A stretch of 64,000 bases of DNA, taken from Bigelowiella natans CCMP2755 (Eukaryota; Protista; Cercozoa). The stretch spans positions 1 through 64,000 of the forward strand of contig ADNK01000421.1 in assembly GCA_000320545.1 (NCBI GenBank), read 5' to 3'. This document shows, one piece after another, positions 14,284 through 26,500 of this stretch. The notes beneath the pieces were generated by a model. The model made no database searches. It was not told where the DNA came from and saw only the letters and a program-made list of their open reading frames with translations. Every line of letters begins with the position of its first letter. The first letter of the stretch is position 1. The position numbers were made by a program, and so were the translations under genes.

Positions 14284-15705
14284 TCTCTTATCGAATACTA
14301 GTGCGTAGATTCAAAGGCCGGTGACATGAACATCACTGACCCTTTGAAACTCCTCTTCCTCTCTTCCAAACTTAGGCGGAGCTCATCCATGAGCTCGCTC
14401 TCAAGTTCAAGAGAAAGACGAACAAGGAACAGCAGCGTGAAGGCAGAAAAAAGGTGGGATACTGCACACTGTTGGCGTCGAGGAGTAAAATGAACTAACG
14501 TCGTCTATTTTCCTCCAACGCTACAGGTCAACCCTGAAAAAACAACCAATAGTGAAGAAAAGGAAGAAGGGCTACTTGCAACGGTCGCGCCATTTTGCAG
14601 ATTTTCAGCCAATGCATCACCTGTTTGAGGTGGAGTTGATTATGCGTAGGCTAAGAATAAAGGCCCTCGAAGACAAGAAGATAAATGACGCAAATGAAGA
14701 AGATGAAGTAGAAACCGAACCGGCTCAACTCAACAGCTCTTTACTCAGTTACGATACTAAAAACACATTGATACGCCTCCTACTCCGATTGGAAAGGTGA
14801 TAAGTGGCCTGTAACAAGCTTCGTTTCTACATCAGGTACTCACGAATTCACGGTAGAGTCTTTTGCACGACGAAAAAGACCTCACAGTGAAGAAAAGCTG
14901 GAAGCTTCTGACGAACATGATAATCTCGGTAGCACCATCAAAAGCGACCAAGCCTATCTTGGCCAACAGCCTGGCCTCATGCTGCAGGATCGTCAGCATT
15001 TATCAACTACTTTCATTTCCGAGCCAGAAACAGCTACTACGAGCCTGGCTACTAGGGTGTCTTCGAAGAAGAAAAGGCCGTGCGGTAACACTGACGAAAG
15101 GCCTCCATCGGTCTCCTTGATGCCATACACTGGCAAGCATCTAAGCTATGGAGAGGTCAAGACTCAGGTCTCGGAATTGCAGAAGCAGCTATCCTCGGTC
15201 ACCACACGTCTCAAGCACGCATCGTTAGCAATAAAAGCGAAAGACTACGATTCAGGGAACCTCGTATTAGGCCAGTTGGAAGCTGGTAAAGACTCGATAC
15301 ACTTGATATAGCATAAGATGAAACCGGATGTGCCTTTTAATTCCCTCTTTGCTTTTTCAGGAAGAAACGCTGCTTTCTATCAAGGTCACGCCAATAGCCA
15401 TGACAATGGCGACCAGAAATTCGGAGTGAGCAACAGAGACGACGAAGTGATGAAGATCGTTCTGGATTTCATCGATGAGGTCAGTCGTATACAATTCATG
15501 CAGTAATGTCCTTCGCGATGATTGCTTAGAATCACAATCGATTTCTCCGTTTGTAGGTCAGTTTAATGGTGTCGCAAGAAAAGAACCAGCTTGCTCCAGC
15601 AGCTCTTGAACCGACATCTCAAGCCATTCGTATTGCAGAGGACTTTATTTGCGTTAAGAAGGTCGTTGTTCGCTGATTTATATTATTTATATATATATGT
15701 ATATA

Positions 15706-15752
<47 letters not shown>

Positions 15753-16395
15753 TTGAATATGAAAAAACTTTGATAATAGTTCTGCGTCATGCTCATTAGC
15801 TGTGTCGTAGAGGGAATCTGTTCATGCTAGTGATTGTGTTGAGATGAGATTCTGTTTGATTTCAGAATCTATAATCATTTCGAATGATAAAAGTTCTCTA
15901 AGTATGAATCACTAATTGTAATGAACAACTCTATCCACTTAGTACGGGTCTCTGAAGTCCCGCTTCCTACAAAGGTTAATTGTGAATGGAACAGTGCGAG
16001 ATAAACGGCTGCTAGGGTACGACATTCGTTTTTCTTTCGCAGATGTCATATCTGCTGTTGTAACGAAGGTGAGAGAATTGTGGTGTTGAGTTATGGTATA
16101 TACTATGCACAGGTATGTCAGTGTGTCGATAGCTGACCTATGGTACTACATTTTTTGTTTTGTTTTTACTTTACGTGAAAGAGTGATCCCAAGGTGTTAG
16201 TAACGTCTTCGTGTTATTTAGGCATCGCTGTGCAGGCAGTAGACCGACTACTTTAGCAAAGACTTTTCTCACCCAGGTATACTTTGCTCAATCTACGCGC
16301 CGCATGCTAGCATGATGTAAGCTGGTGACACTGATAATTTGTTGTTTGTTTGCAGATTCCTCGACACCTTGTTGACGCTTGTGAACCTAGAATAG
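13614..16395 (+). CDS. Hypothetical multi-exon protein; coiled coil, C-terminus weakly reminiscent of sorting-nexin Nexin_C
   Basis: Chain of + strand ORFs with short GT-AG introns (14552, 14979, 15318, 15591). Peptides KIVLDFIDE, LLQQLLNRHLK and FLDTLLTLV. Start and last exon phase uncertain. Confidence 0.45.
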
Positions 16396-16489
16396 AGCTC
16401 GAGACCGGGTCCTTTGCAAACTTTTGCTCAGAAGATGCTGCTTATGTGCCATTTTAGTCATTCGCAATTTTAAAGCCAGAATCGAAATG

Positions 16490-17050
16490 CGTTCAATTAA
16501 TGTTTCGTTCCAGACTAGATAACAATTCTAAACTTTTGCTGGTATTGCATTGCTGATTGCTGCATGACTGTACGTAGTCTGTTTCAACAAACGTGATGTA
16601 CCTGCTATGCTTCCACGCGTGCATTAATTGCACTCTAGCACTGCATGGATGCTCAGCGACAACTCGGCTCCCACGCGCAATGCATGATGCTATAGGATGG
16701 CTAGATCTCATCGAGATGGCTAGATGGCATGCGCAATTTAATGTGTCCATATTATTCCAGCTGTTTATTACAACACGCACATGCTAGCTTGCTAGTAGCC
16801 AGCTAGCACATGCCCAGATGTACACGTAATTTAGTCATAGATCTAGAGATGCCTGCTTGTGCTATTCGCTTCCTTTAACACACAATGCTAGCTAGCTACG
16901 CTATTGGCCCACCTTCTTCACACCGTCTAGATCTAGAGACGTACATCATAACAGATCCACTAGAGATAGGCGACATACTACTAGACTAGCACATGCAGCA
17001 GCTGTGTACATCATCCACACCGCGATGCTTCGCCGATATGCATCGTCATG
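16490..17050. repeat. Intergenic CTAG-footprint domain
   Basis: Exact NNNN-CTAG-NNNN at 16635, 16720, 16843 and 16981; gatg-CTATAG-gatg at 16690. Confidence 0.8.
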
Positions 17051-17430
17051 TTGCATGCCATATTTATGCCTTTAATTTGCAAAGTTGGTGTCACCGGGAA
17101 TATTTTATTAAATATGATTTACAGTTGCAAATTCGAGCCAGCTGGATTCCCTTTTTATCTTTACAATGCTATAATATAGTGACAAGATGTGACATTTTAT
17201 TGGTGCACGCTGTACATGTCGTAACTGCAAACTTTTAATTTACCAGACTGCTTAGATTATTAGGTACCACAAAAATACTCTTGAACAGATATTGTATGAA
17301 CTACGAAAAAAAATATGAAAAAATGTATACGCGTATATTTATAATATACTAAAATATATGTCTGGCATAAATGACCAAAAGAACAGACAATTTCCTGAAC
17401 CCTCTCACAACTATACGTGTATTGTATTTA

Positions 17431-17489
<59 letters not shown>

Positions 17490-18077
17490 AAAGTATGAGG
17501 AAATTAAAATATTTTCCATTCTCTGCTTTTATATTTTCGGTATGGTTTCACTCCAACGGTATTGCATCAGTACTACGTTGCTGTACCGTGGCAAATGTGG
17601 GATTAGTAACAAGGAATGGGGTGGAAGAGAACACAGTACAATTTTATTCAAGTCATCTATCCCCTCGTAAACAGATAAGAAATATCGTGAGTACAACTGC
17701 CAAATTACGTTGACTAAATTTCAAATAACTCTATGACAGGGCGACAAGGACAAACCACCCTCATCAAACAACTAATACTCTCTGATGGATATGTAGAAGA
17801 AAGATTATTTAAAGTAGTAGTAGTAGTTGCAGAATCTATCATGCGCCTAATACTATTCCTCTAGCTTATCATTTAAAAGTATTTAATAGTCGAGGTCGAT
17901 GCGTATTTTATGTTACACTTTAGGTTCTCTTTTATTCGGTGTAATCCTCCTCCTCCTCTGTTCCCTCTAATTCTCGGCAGGGTGGTTTGGAACGCTAATA
18001 CGAAGTCTCTTGTGGGCCCAAGAGATGGATACCCTTCCAGACTTTTTCGGACCTTGAATATTTTAAAAACATCACAG

Positions 18078-19410
18078 TCATTCACCTTGCACTAGTAGTT
18101 TCAATGTTGTGGTATCCCCTGCCTCCCCCGCCTTCCCGCAAGTATTACATGTGACGTTTACGTGTGCGGGTTCATAATGTAAGCATATCATATACAATAT
18201 ATATATATATATATATATATATACTAAATGTATATAATAAATTTCCATAGAGTCTATGAAATTATTTTCAATATTGTCTCGCACAAATGAAAGGATAATC
18301 GATCACATACCAGCGAGCACATCTAGACCTAGGATCATGTCAGGCATCCTGCCCTCTTCCGTAACTTTAGCGAATTCTTTAATCGTCTCGATATCCATGC
18401 GGTCCATCACGGCGAATCGACGTCGCTCAGTCTGGATCTCCCCTGATTCCGAGGAAAACTCTAACTGTGCATAAATAGCGTCGCAACTGTTTGGCTGTGA
18501 ACCAACTCCTCCACCTCCCATGGCACCCAGAGCTACTTGCTGATCCACGTCCTCCATGTCATCGGCGATACATTTCGTGAAGCGAGCAGCGAAATCAGGG
18601 CTTACAACCGTCTTTAGATGCGACGTTGAGACAACGGCAAAAGCCTTAATACAAACATCATTGAATCTTTGTTATTCGTTATTGTAAAGTTGGTAATTTT
18701 AGTGCACCACTTCAATAGCGTACATCATTAGAATATAATAGACCTCTTCAAGATCGCCATGGAGTTGCATGAGTCCCTCTGGCGTTACCCTGGGATCTTT
18801 CCTCAAAAATGTCTTGATTATTGCGGGGCGGGCGGCAAATTCAAGAGGAAGATCAACCAACACACCGCCCTCTATCGACGGATTATGGCGGAGAAGCGAA
18901 CCGGGCTCGAAAAAGTTTGCCGTATTCTTTTTGAAATCAATGTCAAGATCGTACTGCGAAAGGAACTCTGAGTCGAGGATTCCGTCTACTGGTAGCTGAG
19001 CGAGATTATCGATACTATCATCATCAAGGAGAGGGGCAATCGCATCTGGTGAAGCCGGGGTAACAGCTGCATCACCGAATGGATGACCACCATGGAACAA
19101 CTTCTTGGATGCAACCAATGTGCGCACGTTGTGCTTGCGCCCGGTATCAAGAATGAAAGATGCCCTGAAAATAATAACAATATCATGTTTGGATCAAGGC
19201 TTACTAGCGATAATAATTCTAGGCGCAAAGAATATATATTTTGAATTTTCAGTTACTCTTTCTCAAGCGGCTTGTTCTTCCTCAAGGCCATTTTGATCAC
19301 GCAAGCTGCTAGATCGTGGAAATCATCCGGTATTTCTGAGTTTGAAACAAACTATTTTTCAGGAACAGATGTAGATAGAATTGAAAATAGATAAAGATGA
19401 AATTAAAAGA

Positions 19411-19450
<40 letters not shown>

Positions 19451-21022
19451 ACTCTGACCACCAGTCTTCACTCAACCCCCTCTTCAATTAAAATAAGGTC
19501 AGCACCTGGTGGGCAAGCGACAAGCTGTGCTTCTGCCACAAAACCGTCTTTTGCTGACCACGATTCTAGTCGTCGCTGCTCCTTCTCCTTCTCCTTGAGA
19601 ATTTCAGATTCGAATTTGATCGTTGTAACCTTGATAGGAGTTCCAACAACGTAGGAGGGCAGCCATCCCTCCTCGGTATATTTGGGACCAGAGGTGGTTC
19701 CCGTTCCTGTAGGAAATGCTGAATCGCTGTAGTGTCCAAAGCGACCTAGATAACCAAATATGAAAGGATGATTCTGGCATCAATTTACTGCGAAGATATT
19801 GAAAGATGCGTTCCCCTATTAAGCCATATAATATTTCCATTTCGAACCTGGTGCTTCATCACTTTGCTTCCCGTCTTTGGACCAATCCCTCTGAGAGGAA
19901 AATCCTTGATCTCCACGGTTAGTCTTGTGTCCGTTCCTGTCAAGCACGTTCTCCATATCATTTGCTCCTCCTCCCATCACACGACGCCGCAACTCTTCCT
20001 GAAACACCAATCCAAATTAACTAAAGCCGTTTGTGTTTCAAGTTGCTCTGAGGGTCAGTAGCGGAAAATATTATCATCTTATTTCGAAATTAAGGTAGGA
20101 ACGTCATGATTGATTGTGTCTACGCGATATAAGTGATGTTATTACAGGGCTCATGCCGTTTCCAAGGACTGGCCCGCTAGACACGTTTGTTTGACTACTG
20201 CTTTTTGTCTCAGGCTGTTGCCTCTGCTCTACTTGGAGCTTCTTGAAAGTTTGTTTGGGAGCGAACGCAGAAGCAGAATAGACACGGTCTTTACGTAGCC
20301 CACGATTGATGTCATTGGGTACTTTGATGACGAAGTCCTGCCATTGAAAAGTAGCTGGAGGTCTTGATTTAGCGGTTTCCTCAGAACTGCGACTTCTTGA
20401 TGAATATTTTCGAGTCAGACGTGCCACTTCGTCCACTACAATGCCAAGAAGATCCTAGTGAATATTAAAGAAGGGTTAAATAAACTATTGAGGGCACAAG
20501 TGTTACAGGGAGATATTTTCGACTGATTGCGAAGCACTGATCGTCGGATACCAGGCGCATCAGAAAGTAAGTTTTCCACGGGAAGAAAAATTACAGCAAA
20601 ATTGTGTGAATGTTGTATGGTAGAGAAAAACTGTCGTGATTGTGGGACAGGCGAAGTGGAAATACCCACAATTTTGTGAAACTGCTCAATGAAAAGATCA
20701 TCACCTCATCCGAAAGACCCTCTTTATTAATCCTTAAGCGACGAAGTTCCTCTTGGATATCCTCCACCGGTTTTCGTTTCCAGTATTCCATAATATGAAA
20801 TTTGTCATTTGCTGGCTTAGAATCCAAGTTCCGAAGGTCCACTTTGGCCATTGGACGAAGAATCCGCCTCTGTGACCTTCCAATCTTTTGCATGGGCGCA
20901 ACATTGGACCTTATTTTTACGCGAGGGTCTAGATGAAGGGCTGGCCTTAAGGAAGTGAGAAAAATTGCTAGAAATCCTGCGAGAACGAGGGTGGAACTGA
21001 GCAGAGCAGTGTTGGGCGCCAT
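18078..21022 (-). CDS. Plastid-targeted protein with bipartite leader and tandem retropepsin-like (Asp_protease_2-type) lobes
   Basis: ATG 21022 MAPNTALLSSTLVLAGFLAIFLTSL (hydrophobic signal) followed by an R/K/S/P-rich transit-like segment. Lobe 1: ASFILDTGRKH...VDGILDSEFLSQYDLDIDF. Lobe 2: AFAVVSTSHLKTVVSPDFAARF...PDMILGLDVL. Confidence 0.65.
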
Positions 21023-22079
21023 GCTGCCTAGGTGTGACGGAAGTAAGTTTTTCCAAAATCTGTTATTCTTTTCAGATAAGAAGATGTTCAAATCAAACAC
21101 ATAATTTATTAATTTTGGTCGTAATGAGCAACTCCATCAAGTCGCCAAAAAAATTCAGATTCTATTCCTGTTTGCTGATGTTCTACTTTTGACTTCCGTA
21201 ATCTCTCCCCAGTTTCAAGTCCCGAGTATCGATACCAAAACCAATAGAATTTTAAAATGTGCACCTTTTCTTGGAAATTAAAAATTGAAATTTTTTGACG
21301 TAGGAAAAAAATAACGATAGTATGATACTGTGTATATATTCTTAAGTCTGAAATTGAGATATGGGGGGGTTTGAGAGCATTTGCCAGGAGAGTTCACACA
21401 GGACGAATAAGAGAGAAGCAACTTCCGAAAGTAGAGCATCTCCATCAAAGCAGGAAAAATATTTGAAGTTTTAATCCTCTATTAAGTGCTATGAGACAAG
21501 ATCTCAGGACTGTTCTAAGCAGAAAACATCAAAATAAAATGAACGCCTGCAGTCTTGAAACTCTGAAGATTGTGTGCAGATATTAAACGTGAAAAGCAAC
21601 CAGTACATAACGTATTGATTACATATTCCTTGTCGTTAATGAGATTAGTAGGAGTTTTCCTTCTAAATCTAAAGATACCAAACGAGATCCAAGAGAAATA
21701 CAACTCGCACAGTGTCTACACTTTTCGCGCCAATATTTCCTAATTTGACAGAGAGCAATCGTCATGGAAAACACCTGAAAGACAACAATTTTTCTGTGGA
21801 AAAGATGTGCAAACGACTATGGTACCTCGTAATTGATGACGTTAAATTGACATGAGGATTCAGAGGAATTTCATCCTTTCGAATGAACATTAAGATAAAT
21901 ATAGCCTGCAACTATAAGAATGAAATACGCAACTGTGCTACGGTTACCATGGTACCTCTTACACCCCCCCCGTAGACAGGCATCGTAGCCAGGAAAACTT
22001 CCAAAAATTTGAAAACAGTGCAAAGTTTTGGCTTTTTTGCAGGTGACTTGAAAAATTTGCCAACTGAGCAGGGGCGCTT

Positions 22080-22429
22080 ACTGTTTTTCACTGATCTTTT
22101 CGGCCATCTCATGCACAACGAAATCACTTCTTCAACACTTTGGAAATGCAGTTTTTCATCATTGTTCATTATTCATTGTTCCTTCTTTCAACCCTTTCGG
22201 ATCAAGCAATCAAAGCAATTGAATCAAAGCACATTCGTTTGAGTTTTCTTGGCAAATGGAGATGAGACGAGTGTGTCAGCCTGTCCCATGACCCTTTCAA
22301 CCTCTCCAACGGAACATCTTCTTTCCTTTTTTCTTTCTTTCTGTCTTCAACCGCTCCAACGAAAGCACTTCCCTCTTTCTTTCTTTCCACCAGAGTGAGC
22401 TGATCCTGTTGTTTTGGCTTGTCTGAGTG

Positions 22430-22465
<36 letters not shown>

Positions 22466-23520
22466 GGGCGAATCAGCAGACTCTGAAAATCCTTTCTGAC
22501 CCCCTTTTGGAATTCTGGAATTGCTCATCTGGTGCACTTTGCGTTCACGCACTCACCTCGAGCGCTGCTGCCAACCAACAATGCAAGCACTTGCTGCTGC
22601 ACGAAGTTTCGTTCAAGGTCCAGCTGGCTCGCTGGAGGTGCGAACGTTCCAGCATTGCCAGATTGGACAATGGACACAGGAATCCTGCATGTGGAACATG
22701 CACGCAGCATGGCATTCCCTGCTAGCCTGTCCACAATTTGGAGGCTCCAGTGGTGCACCAACCTGCACACCTGCTGGCCTGGCTAGCTGGTGAGGCAAAA
22801 AACAGCACCAGTGGTGGACGTGTGCAACGATGCGTTACTCTGTTTGCTGACTGTGCACACAACTCTGAAGATGTCCAGGCTGTGAAAACCTGCCTAGCTA
22901 GCTAGCTAGCTGGCTAGCTGGCTAGCTGGGCGGTCAGGCCAACCGGGTGCGATGTGCGTTGCCGGGTCGATCATTGCGTGCACAGCTAGCAGACATGTCA
23001 GTGTGGCAATGCGTGATTGGCTCGTGCTGCTCAAGTTAGGCACACTGGCATGCGTGGCGCACATCGTCGCGATGCATCGTCTAGATCGTGTCGATCACCG
23101 CTAGACCGCCTGCCGCACCATCTAGCCATCTCGACCCAGCTAGCCAGACTAGCAAATCTGCACGTTCCAGCGTTGGCGGTCGCCATCGAGCTGGCGAGCG
23201 CGCAGAGCTAGAGTGCCAGGCTAGCACGGCTAGACGGCCTGCTGCTACTAGCTAGCTAGCCCGCCGGCACCACGATTCTGCATCAATGCGAATTGATGGT
23301 GCTTGTTCAAATGTTGGAAAGGCGTGCGCCGCGTGCTTGCCTCAAGCTTGTGCCTGGCTAGCGGATCCACTAGTGGTCACAATACGCTGCTGCTGCAAAG
23401 GCAAAAGAGCTTTCGTTGTGACAGTTTGGTCTCCGTGTTTTTGCACGTGTCTCTAGCTAGCTAGATCTAGACAAGGGATCTAGACATGCACGTTCACACC
23501 AATCAAAAGACATCAGACAT
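22080..23520. repeat. Intergenic TA-depleted, CTAG-footprint domain
   Basis: No TA in 22172-22722. Footprints at 22722, 22783, 23101, 23122, 23140 and 23230; CTAG/CTGG array 22894-22929. Confidence 0.9.
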
Positions 23521-23540
23521 CGACCATCTACCGACTGTTT

Positions 23541-26500
23541 CTAATCATCTGCAACATGGAACATGTCATCGAAGAATGTATCCACATGCTCAAGCAAACG
23601 GCTCTCATCTGTCCTCATTCTCACCAAAGTTGATGTTTCTCCCACACGAAATTTCATCAACAGATGGTATCTGAAAATTGTTATGAAAAGAATAATCAAG
23701 GCGCGCGAGTGGAATTGTGGAATTCAAGGCGTCATGTTCACACCTTGGAGGGAGAAAAAGTGCCATTCTAACCGAAGTAATGGTCGATAGTTTCTGCAAA
23801 TTCACATATTATTTCAATTAAAGTTAAGAGACCAAAAAGTATAACAGCATACCTCAGTTGAAACGTCATATTGAGTTGATTCTGCCTCATCATCACCTCT
23901 TCTCTCATACCAGTAGTATCTTTCACCAGATAGTTTTGTTGAATATTGCATGTCACTTGAAGACGGTCTGGGTTTGAACGTTGCATGCCTCACCAAATAC
24001 GAACGAAGATACAACTTAATCCGCTCAATTACCCTCTTTTTAGGAAGGATTAACAGCTTCACGGATTCAGCTCCGCCTACACTCCTTTTCGGTGTATTAT
24101 GCGGAGCTGCCGCCACAGATTTGCTGCTTCGACTGCCGTTCTTGTCTCCTCCCGGAGGATATCCGAAATTTATTCCCCGCAAAATATTCTTCCATAGAAG
24201 CTGGAACAGTATGCTTCGCAGCAGGGTGTCGGTGTCCCGTCCAAGTAAAGTTCTTGGCAGTGATGATGTGCCTTCTTTCTTGCCTTTCCTGTGGCTTACG
24301 CGAGACCGGTCCAAATCTTCCCCACGCACGAGTTTCTTCCGTTCCCATGCCCTTCTTACGCTTGGTTCCCAGGATCTTCTGAAAGATGGGGAGATAGGAA
24401 TCGGCAGTAGTAGATCTGCAAACTTAATTGACAAGGGTTCTAAAGAGCCTCTGCATGTATTCCCAGCCTCATCGTTAAATAGTATTGTCGTTCGAAAGCT
24501 CGACGGTGCAGGGAATCTTGGTGTCAACGCCACAGTGAATCTGTACACGAATGGAAATCGTGCATAAGCCTTAGCAGCTGCAACTGCAGCTGAGTTTTTC
24601 TCACTTGTGCTATGATGATGATGATGATGACGACGATGATGGTGATGACCGGAAGTAATATCAATCGGACGCCGTCTCAGATACGGTAGAGTGATAGGGC
24701 GGAGAGGCGAATAATTCTGTGTTGCGTGCAGCTGAACCATAACGCCGAACATCTGTTGTGGAAACGATGAGAAGAAGAGCTTCGATGGGTTGTTGATGTT
24801 GCTATCTGCTGTCTTCAAATCGTCTCCTCCTCCTCCCATTCCGAATAACACAGGTCCTCTAGAGGAATACTTCCCACCACCTTTTCTCTCTCTCGTGGAA
24901 AAAGAAGAGGAAGAAGACACAGCGACCGCCTTTAACTCCCCCCCCCCCCTTTTCTTCTCTGCAGAGCTACTACTAATCCCTAAATCGGAGGAGTGTGCTT
25001 GGTTGACTCCGCTATTAGAGGCGAACATCTTGCTTGATTCCAGGTCGTAGAAGATGTAGTACTCTAACAGTAGACGCAAGTGTGGGTGCTCCGCATACGT
25101 TGCCTCTCCGTTTGCATCTATATCCTCCTCCCTTGCCTCCAGCAGCCGTGCATAATCATTCAGCAGCGCCACCGCTCGGAGCTTGATCGAAGTTCGTCCT
25201 GGTTTGTGGGTGCTTGACACCGCCCCTCTTTTATCAGACTTTACTGAGGAAGACTTGGAAGATGGGGAGGACGAGGACGGGGACGCTTCTGTAGTGGCTT
25301 TCGAAGAAGAAGAAGAAGAAGAAGAAGAAGAAGGAGAAGAAGAAGAAGGAATAACAGAGGATGATGATGCCGACTGTAATGATGACGCAGCAACACCGCT
25401 ACCACTACCACCACTGTTGCTACTCTTTGCTACTGCTTTGGAATCGCTCCGGCCGCTTATCCTAGTGTCTTCAATAATGGTGGGTATTAGATCGAAGCCT
25501 ACTCTCATCGTATAGTCGTAGAAGAAGGCGCCATCGTCGTCAGAAACACAAGCACCACTTTTATTTCTCGTGCTGCTGCTGCTGCTGCTGCTACTGCTTC
25601 TGCCCTCGTTAGACTCATCATCACCCGGGTTGTGATCCAAAACTCCAAATGGGGATTTATAGCCAGGTCGCGCAACCACCGGAGCAATCTTGATGATCTG
25701 GCTGGTGTGGGCATGATACAGAAATTGTAGCTTGGGATACTCAACGCTTAGGCCGTGGTCTCCAACCTGCATCATCGTGTTGCTGCTGCTGCTGCTGCTG
25801 CTGGAGGGGCTGGTGGTACTTCTGCCGCTGCTCAATCGTGCGAAGTTCATTGGGAAGATGATGGCGGCAATGTGCGACAACGGGCAGCAATTGAGAAGGC
25901 CAAAGTACATCCCAGCTCTATCCCGCACATCGGTATCCGTGTGAAAGGACGCTACCCGCCCAAGCACCTCGACTAACTTGCACTTGGGGGCGATTTGGGA
26001 TTTGTTACCAAGAGTCCCCGGAGTCACCATGAGGGAACGGCACACCTCCAACAGCGCTTGGCCTGACCTCCATCCCGACAACGCAAGGGGGGACTGCACG
26101 TAGCTTTCAAGCACTTTGAGAGCAGCGGCTGCCACCTTGTGTATGGGAGGTGCGTACTGATGATCGTACTCATGATGACGACGATGATCACGGTGTGCAA
26201 GCGTTGGTGGTATTGTTAATGGCGACGATGGTGATGATTTAGCGACATCGTCACCATAGCTTTTCCTAGTCACAGCGCGTACAATAAGAGGGAAAAACCT
26301 TCTCAGCCACAATGGGTTAAGAATAGTTTTTGCTTCAGTCCTACTGCTGCTACTACTACTACTACTACTACTACTACTTGTTGTTGTTGTTGTTGTTGAG
26401 CTGGAATGTGGATTTCGCCTTGTCTGCCTCTTCGTAGCGGTTTTGGAGCTGCTATTCGTCATCACAGCTGGTGGGTCGTCATTCCCCTTTTTGCTCCCCC

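Noticed and set aside
1076-14308. Many short ORFs with YIYI, CVCV, poly-M/D/H/S runs
   Set aside because: These are translations of intronic microsatellites.
21340-21930. Possible small spliced gene between the plastid-protein promoter and the TA-free domain
   Set aside because: I could not assemble a consistent frame or recognise any motif.
22202-23211. Cluster of overlapping ORFs on both strands in the intergenic domain (also 34.9-35.5, 43.6-44.6 and 47.2-47.9 kb)
   Set aside because: This is a by-product of TA loss, which removes TAA/TAG stops. The peptides are rich in Cys/His/Ala/Met and match no family I recognise.
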